Of a DNA stretch of 32,000 nt, positions 15,399 through 24,497 are shown piece by piece. This stretch comes from Candidatus Electronema aureum (GTDB taxonomy: Bacteria; Desulfobacterota; Desulfobulbia; Desulfobulbales; Desulfobulbaceae). Made by a program: the position numbers and the translations under genes. Positions within the stretch are counted from its first letter, which is position 1; each line of letters opens with the position of its first letter. The notes beneath the pieces were generated by a model. That model saw nothing but the letters and a program-made list of their open reading frames with translations. It did not search any database and was not told the origin of the DNA. The DNA is taken from NCBI GenBank assembly GCA_004284765.1, contig NQJD01000002.1:30001-62000 (forward strand), in the 5' to 3' direction.

Positions 15399-16772
15399 CT
15401 ACTCCCTAATCAGCCTCAGCAATTCCTCAGCCTTCTCTTGCAGCAAATGCTCATTGCTACGGGTCTCCACATTGAGGCGCAAGGCCGGCTCAGTGTTGGA
15501 TTTGCGCAAATTGAAACGCCACGTTGGATAAGCCACTGACAGTCCGTCGGTGTAATTTTTCTCCCCATCTTGATGCCGCTCTTCCACTCTGCTAATCACT
15601 GCATCAGGATCAGTCACGGTGGAGTTGATCTCGCCACTGACCGGAAAAGCCTGCATCCGCTCATCAACCAAGGCCGTAAGAGTGCTGTTTTGCTGACTCA
15701 TCAGTTGACAGATCAGCAGCCAAGGCAGCATCCCGGAATCGCAATACCCAAAGGCTTGAAAGTAATGATGCGCTGACATTTCACCGCCGTACACCGCATT
15801 TTCACGACGCATCGCCTCTTTGATGAAGGCATGGCCAGTTTTGGTCATCACCGTCTTGCCACCTGCTTTGGCCACCATTTCTTGGGTGTTCCAAATCAGC
15901 CTTGGATCATGCAGAATAGTTGCGCCGGGCTGCGTTTTCAGTATCGCCGCTGCTAATAATCCAACGATATAATATCCCTCAATGAAACGGCCATCGGCAT
16001 CAAAGAAGAAGCAGCGATCACAATCACCATCCCAAGCAATGCCAAGATCAGCCTGATGCTCCCGCACCGCGCGAGTAGTGTCCTCCCGATTCTCCGGGAG
16101 AAGCGGGTTTGGCACTCCGTTCGGAAAGGTGCCGTCAGGCTGATGATTGAGCTTGATAAAGCTGAAGGGTAATCGTTGCGCAAGCAGATCAATCACTGGC
16201 CCAGCGCAGCCGTTCCCCGCGTTAACCACAATCTTCAAAGGTTTGAGCAGCGGCGCATCAACATAGGACAGCAGATGTGAGATATACTGGTGTTTGTTCG
16301 GCATCTTCTGGTTGCGGCCCACATGGGCGGGCTTTTTCAGTAAAGCGGTGCAGCACCAGTCCGCATCCGCTGCTCGCGCGGCAACCTCCAGCAGGCCAGA
16401 GTCACACGACATGGGCTGCGCACCTTGGCGGACAAACTTCATTCCGTTCCATTCCGCCGGATTGTGACTGGCTGTGACCATGATGCCGCCATCAATGCCC
16501 TCAGCTTCGCCGTTGAACACGGCAAAATAGACTTCCTCGGTGCCGCAGAGGCCGATATCGATCACATCAATGCCAGCTTTAGTTAGCACATCACAGAGCA
16601 TTTCAGCAATCTCTGGGCTGGACAGGCGAACATCCCGGCCAATCACCACTTTACGTGCCTTAATCTGAGCGCAAAAGGCCAGTCCAATGCGGGCGGCAAT
16701 TGCAGGGTTCAAGTCGTTGGGCACTCGCCCACGCACATCATAGGCAGTGAAACAGTTCAGTGGCTCAGGCAT
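15399..16772 (-). CDS. Phosphomannomutase/phosphoglucomutase
   Basis: TASHNPAEWNG phosphoserine motif and the GDGDR-like motif WDGDCDRCFF. The likely start is ATG 16772 (MPEPLNCFTAYDVRG) rather than the track start at 16811. Confidence 0.92.
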   Translation of the reverse strand: MPEPLNCFTAYDVRGRVPNDLNPAIAARIGLAFCAQIKARKVVIGRDVRLSSPEIAEMLCDVLTKAGIDVIDIGLCGTEEVYFAVFNGEAEGIDGGIMVTASHNPAEWNGMKFVRQGAQPMSCDSGLLEVAARAADADWCCTALLKKPAHVGRNQKMPNKHQYISHLLSYVDAPLLKPLKIVVNAGNGCAGPVIDLLAQRLPFSFIKLNHQPDGTFPNGVPNPLLPENREDTTRAVREHQADLGIAWDGDCDRCFFFDADGRFIEGYYIVGLLAAAILKTQPGATILHDPRLIWNTQEMVAKAGGKTVMTKTGHAFIKEAMRRENAVYGGEMSAHHYFQAFGYCDSGMLPWLLICQLMSQQNSTLTALVDERMQAFPVSGEINSTVTDPDAVISRVEERHQDGEKNYTDGLSVAYPTWRFNLRKSNTEPALRLNVETRSNEHLLQEKAEELLRLIRE

Positions 16773-16930
16773 GACAGACTCCGTTTGGAAAAATAAAAGA
16801 CAGACCAGCACAACTGCGGCTCGATACTGCCTGCGGAATATTCTCGACAGTGCTTGTGAGATTATCCCGATAACGCTTTCGAGTCAATCCCGATACTACT
16901 ATCGAGGGAGGCTTACAAGCGTTATCGAAA

Positions 16931-17773
16931 TTATCTCGATAGTGGCTGTGGGTTATCTGATGGGGAACGTTCCTGCCGCACGACCTCAAACATAATCAAG
17001 GCCGCTGCCACTGAGGCGTTAAGCGAGTTGAACTCGCCCGGCATAGGGATGGTGACAAGGTGGTCACAGTGCTTTTGCACCAGCGGGCGGATGCCCTTGT
17101 CCTCGCTGCCGATGACGATGCCGATTTTACCGCTGAAATCGGTCGAATAAATAGGCTGTGCCGCCTTCTCAGCCACTGCCCCGTAAATCCAAAAACCATG
17201 CTCTTTGAGCTGGCGCAGCGCATCAGAGAGATTAACCACACGGGCAATTTGGAGATGCGCGACCGCCCCAGCTGAGGTGCGGGCCACAGTGCCGGTTAGG
17301 GGTGCGCTGCGTTCACTGGTGAGAACCACTGAGCTAAAGCCAGCGGCCAGCGCGGATCGGAGGATAGAGCCGAGATTGCGGGGGTCTTGAATCGAATCCA
17401 AAAGCAAGATGCGCTGCGGCTCCGCTGCCAAAAGCTGGGACAGCGGTAGCAGCTGGGCCTCGGTCTGGCGAGCAATAACACCCTGATGGCGACAGTCGCG
17501 AGGCAGACCCATTCGCTCCAGCTCAACAAAACGAATCCGCACCTCGACCTCACGGGCCGCATCAATGATTTCCTGAATCCGCCCTCCGGCCCTACCCTTT
17601 TCGATCAAGATTTCGCACAAACTGCGGGGATTGCTGCTCAGGGCTTCGCCCACCGCATTGATACCCCAGAGCAGACTGTCATCTGTTTCTTCCACGGGTG
17701 GTTTGGGTTCCACCGGTTTAGGCGTGGGCCTTTTTCTGTCAGGAATGGAAACTTTCTTTTGTTGTGAGGTCAT
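16931..17773 (-). CDS. rlmB: 23S rRNA (guanosine-2'-O)-methyltransferase, RlmB/TrmH family
   Basis: SpoU substrate-binding N-terminal region (WGINAVGEAL) and SPOUT C-terminal motifs (GSEDKGIR, IPMPGEFNSLNASVAA). Confidence 0.88.
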   Translation of the reverse strand: MTSQQKKVSIPDRKRPTPKPVEPKPPVEETDDSLLWGINAVGEALSSNPRSLCEILIEKGRAGGRIQEIIDAAREVEVRIRFVELERMGLPRDCRHQGVIARQTEAQLLPLSQLLAAEPQRILLLDSIQDPRNLGSILRSALAAGFSSVVLTSERSAPLTGTVARTSAGAVAHLQIARVVNLSDALRQLKEHGFWIYGAVAEKAAQPIYSTDFSGKIGIVIGSEDKGIRPLVQKHCDHLVTIPMPGEFNSLNASVAAALIMFEVVRQERSPSDNPQPLSR

Positions 17774-17888
17774 AAGTTGTTGTGAAAATAAATGTAAGAT
17801 TGAACAGCGTATCCCCTCTTAACCTACTTTGCAAAGAAATGCTCCATAAATTTGATACGTTCTGGTGCAAAAGATAGCTCATGATGAC

Positions 17889-19259
17889 TTATGCCAAATC
17901 ATCACTCCCCTCTAAATGATACTTCTTCAGTTTCCGCCAAAGTGAAACCCGATTGATGCCGAGGACTTCCGCTGCCTTGGATTTATTGTTGCCGGTCTGT
18001 GCCAGCACCCATTCGATGTAGCTCCGCTCTTGATCATCCAAGGAAGGCATAGTGCCGCTCGGTTCCGTAGTCGGGGCGCGAAAGGTCTTCACGTCCACGT
18101 CTGTCGGTAAATGGGCGGTCTCGATGCGTTCACCAGAAGCCAGCACTACGGCTCGTTCAATAATATTCTCCAATTCGCGCACATTGCCGGGAAAATCATA
18201 ATCCAGCAACCGCTCTAACGCCTCTGAGGTCAACTCGCGCACCGGCTTGTTCATGAGAGCACTGAAGCGGTCGAGAAAAAACTGAGCCAGTAAGCGGATG
18301 TCCCGCCTGCGCTCGGCCAACGGCGGTAAGTGCAGGTGCATGACATTGATCCGAAAATACAAATCTTGACGAAAACCACCTTCTTTGACCATCTGAGCAA
18401 GGTCGCGATTCGTTGCCGCCAAAAAGCGAACATTGACTTTGAGCGATTCGGTCGCGCCGAGCGGAAGCACCTCTTTTTCTTGTAACACCCGCAGGAGCTT
18501 GACCTGCATCGCCAAGGTCATTTCTGTGACTTCGTCGAGGAAAAGGGTGCCGCCACCCGCAGACTCAATCAGGCCGATCTTGTGCCGATCCGCGCTGGTA
18601 AAGGCTCCTTTCTCGTGGCCAAACAGCTCATTGGCCAGCAAATCTTCTGTAAACACGCCGCAGTTCACCGCCTTGAGCGGTCCGGCAGCGCGAGGGCTGT
18701 GTTCGTGGATATAACGGGCGAGCAGTTCCTTGCCCGTACCAGAATCACCGCTGATCAGTACAGAACAGTCGCTCAGGGCCACTTCGCGGGCGGTCTGGAG
18801 GAGCTTCTGCATGGCCGGGTCTTCAGTGAGAATACTCACGCCCTGCGCCTTGGCTAACCGCTCCTTCAGTTCCATGTTTTCCCGCCGCAGCCGCCGTTTC
18901 TCCAAGGCTTCGCGCACGACCTTACGCACCTCATCCAATTTATAAGGTTTGATTACATAGTGATAGGCTCCCATTTTCATCGCAGAAACCGCTGAACTCA
19001 CCGTGGCATAGCCAGTGATCATAATCACCTCGCTGTCCGGTGAAACCTCTTTCACCCGCCGCAGGATTTCCATGCCATCAACATTGGGCATCCGTAGGTC
19101 AGTGAGTACCAAATCAAGGGCATGTTGCTCAATCAATTTGAGAGCATTCTGGCCGCTCTGGGTAGAAATAACCTCGTACCCTTCTTTGCTCAGAATATGC
19201 TGGAGATTACGGGTGGCTGCTTGTTCATCATCCACTACCAAAATTTTTGCCTGCTCCAT
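17889..19259 (-). CDS. Sigma54-dependent response regulator (NtrC/Fis family)
   Basis: REC domain (ILVVDDE...DLVLTDLRMP), AAA+ domain with GDSGTGKE Walker A and GAFTSA (a GAFTGA variant), and a C-terminal Fis-type HTH (AAEVLGINRVSLWRKLKK). Confidence 0.93.
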   Translation of the reverse strand: MEQAKILVVDDEQAATRNLQHILSKEGYEVISTQSGQNALKLIEQHALDLVLTDLRMPNVDGMEILRRVKEVSPDSEVIMITGYATVSSAVSAMKMGAYHYVIKPYKLDEVRKVVREALEKRRLRRENMELKERLAKAQGVSILTEDPAMQKLLQTAREVALSDCSVLISGDSGTGKELLARYIHEHSPRAAGPLKAVNCGVFTEDLLANELFGHEKGAFTSADRHKIGLIESAGGGTLFLDEVTEMTLAMQVKLLRVLQEKEVLPLGATESLKVNVRFLAATNRDLAQMVKEGGFRQDLYFRINVMHLHLPPLAERRRDIRLLAQFFLDRFSALMNKPVRELTSEALERLLDYDFPGNVRELENIIERAVVLASGERIETAHLPTDVDVKTFRAPTTEPSGTMPSLDDQERSYIEWVLAQTGNNKSKAAEVLGINRVSLWRKLKKYHLEGSDDLA

Positions 19260-19272
19260 CTTTCCGCTCCGT

Positions 19273-20709
19273 TTACTCTGTTTTTTTTAGGGGCAGGCGG
19301 ATGAAAAAGGTCGCGCCGTGTCCTTCCTCGCTCTCCGCCGTGATTTTTCCACCGTGTTTGGCAATAATTTCACGGGTAACAGCCAACCCAAGACCGCTTC
19401 CCTTGCCCACATCTTTGGTGGTGTAGAAGGGATCAAAAATGCGCTCCAAATCCACTGCTCTGATGCCAGGGCCGTTGTCGATCACCTCAATCAGTACTTG
19501 TTCATTTCTTGGCTCAACTCCGGCCTTGAGACAAATTTTACCCTTGCCTTCTAAGGCCTGAGCCGCGTTACGAAGGATATTAATCAGAGCCTGCTGAAGT
19601 TGCTGCTTGTCAGCATAAAATACCCCATTCGGGCTGATATCGGCGGTAAACTCTATTCCTGCTGAAAAATCGCTGCTGACTAATTTGACGGTTTGACCAA
19701 TAAATTGCTCTAAGTCCAGCTCAATAGGCCGCATCTCTCGGTCATGGGCGAATTCCAGCAGCGAGCGGATAATGTTCCGTGCTCGATCGGTTTCCTCATC
19801 AATCTGCGCCGCCATTTCCACCAAAAAATCGCTGTCGGGCAGATGTGCCTCTTGCAATTCTTCCAAAAGAATCTGAGCCGAGGTGCTGGCATTGGAGAGG
19901 GGATTATTCAACTCATGGGCAACGCCAGCCACTAAGGTGCCAACGGCAGCTAACTTTTCGCTCTGAATGAGTTGTTTTTCCCGCTTATCTAAAACCTCCA
20001 GCATAGAGCGGATAGCTTGGGTCACGGCTCGAATTTCCGTCAAATCAGCTACATTTTCTTGGTCAATGAAACGGCCCTGAGCAATACTTTGAGTGTAGGC
20101 CACAATGCGTTGGAGCGGTTTTACCACCAAAGTGGACATCTGTCTGCCGAGAAACAAAGCTAATCCAGCCACGACAATAACAAAAAACGCTCCAGCAAAC
20201 TTGAGATGGGCTAATTTCTCATCAATAGAACGGCGGATGCTCTGGTTCATCACTTCGGCTAATTTCACTAACACTTTTCCCACGCTGCGAATTTTCTCCA
20301 CGTCCGCATGGTGTTGCACTGTCTGAAAAAAAATAAATTCCGTATCCATCAGTTGCCGATAATGCAATAGCCCTTGTTTCAATTCTTCCTCTGTCTGAGG
20401 TAGTGCTGCAATCGTTCCTTCCTCTTTTTCGAGAAGTAGAGCTAATGCTTTTTCTAACTGCATTCGGTTTTCATAAAAATCCTGTTCTTGCCGATAAAGG
20501 AGCCAATTTTTCTCATAACGGCGGATTTCTAATACCGTATCGTTGAGGGCTGATACTGTTTCTAAGGCGGAGACGCGCCGCCTGATGTCAGCCAAGCCTA
20601 AGGCAACCAGCAGCATGATCAAAGCGACCAGCGTCACCATGAGGCAGTAGCCCAGCTGGATACGCCGAGCGAGGCTGTTGAGGAAAGGCCAATTTTTCAT
20701 GGATTGCAT
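19273..20709 (-). CDS. Sensor histidine kinase (transmembrane sensor region, HAMP, HisKA, HATPase_c)
   Basis: H-box AHELNNPL, N-box NILRNAAQA, G-boxes DNGPGI and GSGLGL. The start is uncertain: ATG 20709, ATG 20700, or the track's TTG at 20805. Confidence 0.88.
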   Translation of the reverse strand: MQSMKNWPFLNSLARRIQLGYCLMVTLVALIMLLVALGLADIRRRVSALETVSALNDTVLEIRRYEKNWLLYRQEQDFYENRMQLEKALALLLEKEEGTIAALPQTEEELKQGLLHYRQLMDTEFIFFQTVQHHADVEKIRSVGKVLVKLAEVMNQSIRRSIDEKLAHLKFAGAFFVIVVAGLALFLGRQMSTLVVKPLQRIVAYTQSIAQGRFIDQENVADLTEIRAVTQAIRSMLEVLDKREKQLIQSEKLAAVGTLVAGVAHELNNPLSNASTSAQILLEELQEAHLPDSDFLVEMAAQIDEETDRARNIIRSLLEFAHDREMRPIELDLEQFIGQTVKLVSSDFSAGIEFTADISPNGVFYADKQQLQQALINILRNAAQALEGKGKICLKAGVEPRNEQVLIEVIDNGPGIRAVDLERIFDPFYTTKDVGKGSGLGLAVTREIIAKHGGKITAESEEGHGATFFIRLPLKKTE

Positions 20710-20879
20710 AATGCAACGCCGCTGCTTGAAATGCAACGTCTTTTGCAGGCTCGGCAGACCGCTTTTTTTGCAGTCAAACTGATAATACGTTGCTATTTGC
20801 AGCAATCATCGGAAAACTAAGAGATATAACGTGCTTCTTTGTTCAGGTAATATTAGAGAATTGTGAGAATCTTTCCTGT

Positions 20880-20896
20880 TGGCATGAAATTTGCAT
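20880..20896 (+). promoter_or_regulatory. Sigma54 (-24/-12) promoter
   Basis: TTGGCATGAAATTTGCAT against the consensus YTGGCACGrNNNTTGCW. GG at 20881-20882 and GC at 20893-20894 have the correct 12-nt offset. It points toward the small ORF and SulP and lies next to the sigma54-dependent two-component genes. Confidence 0.65.
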
Positions 20897-20956
20897 AAAG
20901 AATGTACCGAGAAAAATGTCAATCAATATTTTCACCTTACCTATACGGAGAAAAAT

Positions 20957-21136
20957 ATGAAACTCATCTGCACTCTGCAAGCCATCGAAGAGACCTTCAG
21001 TGCTGCCGCTTTTGCCGAAGAGAACGACCATCAATCCGCGCTGGAACTGCTTCGGCGGCAAGAACCGGAGCGAAAAACCGTCTCCGCAACTCCGATCAAC
21101 AGAGAAAAGCTAAGAAGTCTGACACCTGCTGCCTGA
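20957..21136 (+). CDS. Small hypothetical protein (59 aa)
   Basis: ATG 20957 is preceded by GGAG (20947-20950) with a 6-nt spacer. The product is an acidic, helical-looking peptide, MKLICTLQAIEETFSAAAFAEEND.... I recognised no family. Confidence 0.35.
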   Translation: MKLICTLQAIEETFSAAAFAEENDHQSALELLRRQEPERKTVSATPINREKLRSLTPAA

Positions 21137-21150
21137 AGATGATTATGAAA

Positions 21151-21177
21151 CTGCCCCGGACACTGCAACCGGGGCAG
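21151..21177 (+). terminator. GC-rich hairpin after the small ORF (terminator or attenuator candidate)
   Basis: CTGCCCCGG (21151-21159), a 9-nt loop, CCGGGGCAG (21169-21177), followed by AATTTCGCGTTCTTT, which is only moderately T-rich. Confidence 0.4.
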
Positions 21178-21328
21178 AATTTCGCGTTCTTTGTGATTTT
21201 TGTAATGAACATTTCAGTGAAAAAATCACAAAGCGCACGAAACAGAAGTTGTTAGTATTTTTCCAAGCAAAGACTGACCATAAGGTCATTCGCATTTATT
21301 TTTTATTTAACACAGAGGAGAGCTGTCA

Positions 21329-23182
21329 ATGAATCTGCAAGCGTTGTTCCCTTTTCTTTCTTGGTTTAAGTTGATTACCAAGGAAAGCGTCAAGGCGGAC
21401 TTCTTCGCCGGATTGACTGGTGCGGTCATTGTACTACCGCAAGGTGTTGCTTTTGCGACGATTGCCGGAATGCCACCTGAATACGGTCTGTACACTGCAA
21501 TGATCACGCCGGTTATCGCTGCCTTGTTCGGCTCTTCCTTTCATCTGATTTCTGGCCCGACCACTGCCATTTCCATTGTGGTCTTTTCTGCTATCAGCCA
21601 ATATGCCAGCCCCGGTTCGCCAGAATTTATTTCACTGGCCTTAACTCTCACCTTTTTAGCCGGGGTTTATCAGCTTGCTTTCGGTTTAGCTCGCTTGGGA
21701 GTGCTGGTCAATTTTGTCTCGCACACGGTGGTTATCGGTTTTACTGCCGGGGCGGCGGTGTTGATCGCCACCAGTCAGCTGAAACACATCACTGGTATCC
21801 CGATCAAAAGCGGTTCAGAATTTTTGCACACGTGGGTTGCTCTGTTTTCAGGAATAGGTCAATTAAACATCTATCTTTTGATTATTGCCCTAACAACATT
21901 AGGTATCTCGATACTATCAAAAAAATACATGCGGAAAGCACCTAATCTGCTGATCGGCATGGTTGTAGGCAGCATTCTTGCAGTATTCTTCAGCAGCTTT
22001 GCCGAAGGCATCAAGTTTGTCGGTAAAATTCCTGCCCAACTGCCGCCGCTCTCTGCACCTGACCTTTCCCTTGCTACCATTAAGACCTTGACTGCTCAGG
22101 CTTTTGCTGTTGCCCTGCTGGGTTTGATTGAAGCAGTGTCAATCAGCCGGGCGGTTGCCACCAAATCTGGTCAGCGGATTAATGCCAACCAAGAATTCAT
22201 TGGTCAAGGCATGTCTAATTTGGTTGGCAGCTTTTTCTCCAGCTATGCAGGCTCCGGCTCTTTTACCCGATCTGGCATCAACTATGCGGCTGGTGCCAAG
22301 ACACCGCTTTCAGCAATTTTTGCGGCAGTTGCGCTCATGGGAATTATTCTGCTGGTGGCTCCGTTAGCACAATATCTGCCGATTGCGGCGATGGGCGGAG
22401 TCATTTTATTGGTGGCCTACAACTTGATTGATTTTCATCACATCGAGCACGTGTTGAAATTCAGTAAATCAGAGTCTGCAATTTTGATGACCACGTTCTT
22501 TGCAACCTTGTTCCTTGAATTAGAATTCGCTATCTACTTAGGTGTGCTGCTTTCGCTTGTGTTGTTTTTGGCAAAAACATCTATACCAGAAATACCTGCT
22601 ATCTCCATTGACGTATCAGACGACGGCAATAGAAGGAAGTTTATTGATCTTGATCAAAAGCCTTTACGGGAATGTCCGCAGTTAAAAATGATCAGGATTG
22701 ACCGATCCATCTATTTCGGTTCAATAAGCCGCATTCAGAGTCGTCTTGCTGAGATATCCGACAAGGAAGGAATTCGTCATATTTTGATCATCGCTACTGG
22801 CATCAATATGATTGATCTGGCAGGTGCAGAGGCGTTGGCAGCAGAAGATAACCGTCTGAAAAATATGAATGGCGGTTTGTATTTTGTTGATATGAAACCA
22901 TCTGTATATGAGATTGCTGCGAAATCAGGACTAATCAAAAAGATAGGTAGCAATAATTTCTTTGATGAAAAAAGCAAGGCCATTGCAGCTATCTATAAAA
23001 ATATAGATAAGCAGAAATGTGTCAATTGTAAAGCATTGATCTTCAAAGAATGCTCTGCTGTGATTATACCAGAAGGTCTGAGCAAATCACGTCAAAAGCC
23101 TAAGCAGCAAGACGAAGACCGAGAGCTTCATGAAGATGCTGGTTTGACCGTACTCCATCATCCGTTGGCAGGACAGGTGTAA
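21329..23182 (+). CDS. SulP-family inorganic anion (sulfate/bicarbonate-type) transporter with a C-terminal STAS domain
   Basis: Multi-TM Sulfate_transp core (FAGLTGAVIVLPQGVAFATIAG, GQGMSNLVGSFFSSY) and a STAS-like region (LKMIRIDRSIYFGS...). GAGGAG ribosome-binding site. Confidence 0.92.
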   Translation: MNLQALFPFLSWFKLITKESVKADFFAGLTGAVIVLPQGVAFATIAGMPPEYGLYTAMITPVIAALFGSSFHLISGPTTAISIVVFSAISQYASPGSPEFISLALTLTFLAGVYQLAFGLARLGVLVNFVSHTVVIGFTAGAAVLIATSQLKHITGIPIKSGSEFLHTWVALFSGIGQLNIYLLIIALTTLGISILSKKYMRKAPNLLIGMVVGSILAVFFSSFAEGIKFVGKIPAQLPPLSAPDLSLATIKTLTAQAFAVALLGLIEAVSISRAVATKSGQRINANQEFIGQGMSNLVGSFFSSYAGSGSFTRSGINYAAGAKTPLSAIFAAVALMGIILLVAPLAQYLPIAAMGGVILLVAYNLIDFHHIEHVLKFSKSESAILMTTFFATLFLELEFAIYLGVLLSLVLFLAKTSIPEIPAISIDVSDDGNRRKFIDLDQKPLRECPQLKMIRIDRSIYFGSISRIQSRLAEISDKEGIRHILIIATGINMIDLAGAEALAAEDNRLKNMNGGLYFVDMKPSVYEIAAKSGLIKKIGSNNFFDEKSKAIAAIYKNIDKQKCVNCKALIFKECSAVIIPEGLSKSRQKPKQQDEDRELHEDAGLTVLHHPLAGQV

Positions 23183-23216
23183 AGAAAGAGTCGATACCTC
23201 TCTCTTCTTGTTTCCT

Positions 23217-23247
23217 ATCCGGGTTTGCCTTAGCAGCCCGGATTTTT
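23217..23247 (+). terminator. Rho-independent terminator after the SulP gene
   Basis: ATCCGGG (23217-23223) and CCCGGAT (23237-23243) form the stem, running into T5 (23243-23247). Confidence 0.6.
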
Positions 23248-23271
23248 CATTTGATCACATACGACACAGCT

Positions 23272-23475
23272 CTATCGTTTAATTAAGAAAGGCAAGGCCG
23301 TAAAAATAACACCGATGATAACCAAAAGAGCTACATTGGAAACGAAATAGGGAAAGATCATCAGCACTATTCCGCTGATCAACGGAATAGCTGCTTGCTG
23401 TTTTTTTCCGTACATAAAGAATCCAACTCCTATAGAGCCAAACAGCACTCCCCACAGCAAGGTTGCCGCATCCAT
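23272..23475 (-). CDS. Small two-TM membrane protein (67 aa)
   Basis: Two hydrophobic segments separated by YGKKQQ. It lies 35 nt downstream of the DUF3616-like gene on the same strand. Confidence 0.6.
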   Translation of the reverse strand: MDAATLLWGVLFGSIGVGFFMYGKKQQAAIPLISGIVLMIFPYFVSNVALLVIIGVIFTALPFLIKR

Positions 23476-23510
23476 GTTTATTTAAAATTGACGTTGAATA
23501 AAGAGAATCA

Positions 23511-24497
23511 TCAGCTTGACGAGGTAAACTTATTCACACTGAACCGCTGCAATACTCGGTCTTTGTCCTTGGTGCCATCATAGGCGATGATGAGTTGATA
23601 TGCCGACTTCTGCTCTTCTATCACAGCCATTCCTTCAATCTTTTCTTTGCGCGGTGGTTCAATTTCTCCCAAGAGATGGAGCGTGCCAACCTCTTTCTTG
23701 CTCCGATCTTTGCCGGAAACCGTATCTTTGCCGTCCCAATGCAGAACCTGATAGGAATCAGATCCGCCTCCGATGGGTCCGGCTAAAATCAAAAAGCCGT
23801 CAGATACTATAGCAAGATCACGGATACCGCGCCCGCCTAATTGTACATAAAGCAGCGCATAGGTTGTTTCTGGATCGTCAAAGCGCAGCTTCATCACCGG
23901 GACATAATTATCCCGGAATACCGGCCCTCTAAAACCAACATACAGCCAGCCGTCCTTAGCCGCAATGCCTTCAATGTTAATCCCGTTCTCCTTAGCGGGA
24001 ATCTCGCAGAAGGCTTTCAATGCCGGGTCATTCATGAGAATTTTTCGCAGACTAATCATGTTCTTGTCGATTTCATTCCCCTTGGCATCTAATCTAATAC
24101 GGTACAACCAGTCGCGACTGCTCTTCTTTTCAATCTTGTCGATATAGAACGTTGTTTGATTTTCCTTGTACGTGTTGTTTAAACTAAGCCTTTCCCTTCG
24201 TGCAGAATGGGAACCGATGACATAGACACAATCGCCTTCCGTGCAGATGCCTTCAATATCCATCTCGTTGCCTTCATCGTTGCTCCCTTGGAACACGAGA
24301 ATATTATGCTGCACTTTGCAGCTGCCGTCTTTCTTTATTTTCAGCAATTGAATGCAGTTTGTCTTGTTGTCAGTTCCCGTGCCTTCATCGGAGCCAATAA
24401 TCAGGAAGTCATTCAATGTGGTGACTGCGCTGACATTCTTCACTGCCACAATATCACCTGATATTTTTATAAAAGAACCGGGAGTTGCGGTATCCAT
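23511..24497 (-). CDS. DUF3616/phytase-like beta-propeller-type protein (function unknown)
   Basis: Recurrent (D/N)IEG(I/M) motifs (MDIEGICTEG, INIEGIAAKDGWLYVGFRGPV, KIEGMAVIEE) and LIIGSDEG. The family assignment is from memory of motif patterns only. Confidence 0.55.
   Translation of the reverse strand: MDTATPGSFIKISGDIVAVKNVSAVTTLNDFLIIGSDEGTGTDNKTNCIQLLKIKKDGSCKVQHNILVFQGSNDEGNEMDIEGICTEGDCVYVIGSHSARRERLSLNNTYKENQTTFYIDKIEKKSSRDWLYRIRLDAKGNEIDKNMISLRKILMNDPALKAFCEIPAKENGINIEGIAAKDGWLYVGFRGPVFRDNYVPVMKLRFDDPETTYALLYVQLGGRGIRDLAIVSDGFLILAGPIGGGSDSYQVLHWDGKDTVSGKDRSKKEVGTLHLLGEIEPPRKEKIEGMAVIEEQKSAYQLIIAYDGTKDKDRVLQRFSVNKFTSSS

Noticed and set aside
20902-21255. Plus-strand ORF of 117 aa overlapping the small ORF in another frame
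   Set aside because: The translation is rich in Arg and Cys, runs through the GC hairpin and the 13-bp inverted repeat, and has no ribosome-binding site. The 20957 frame has a GGAG site and a more protein-like sequence.
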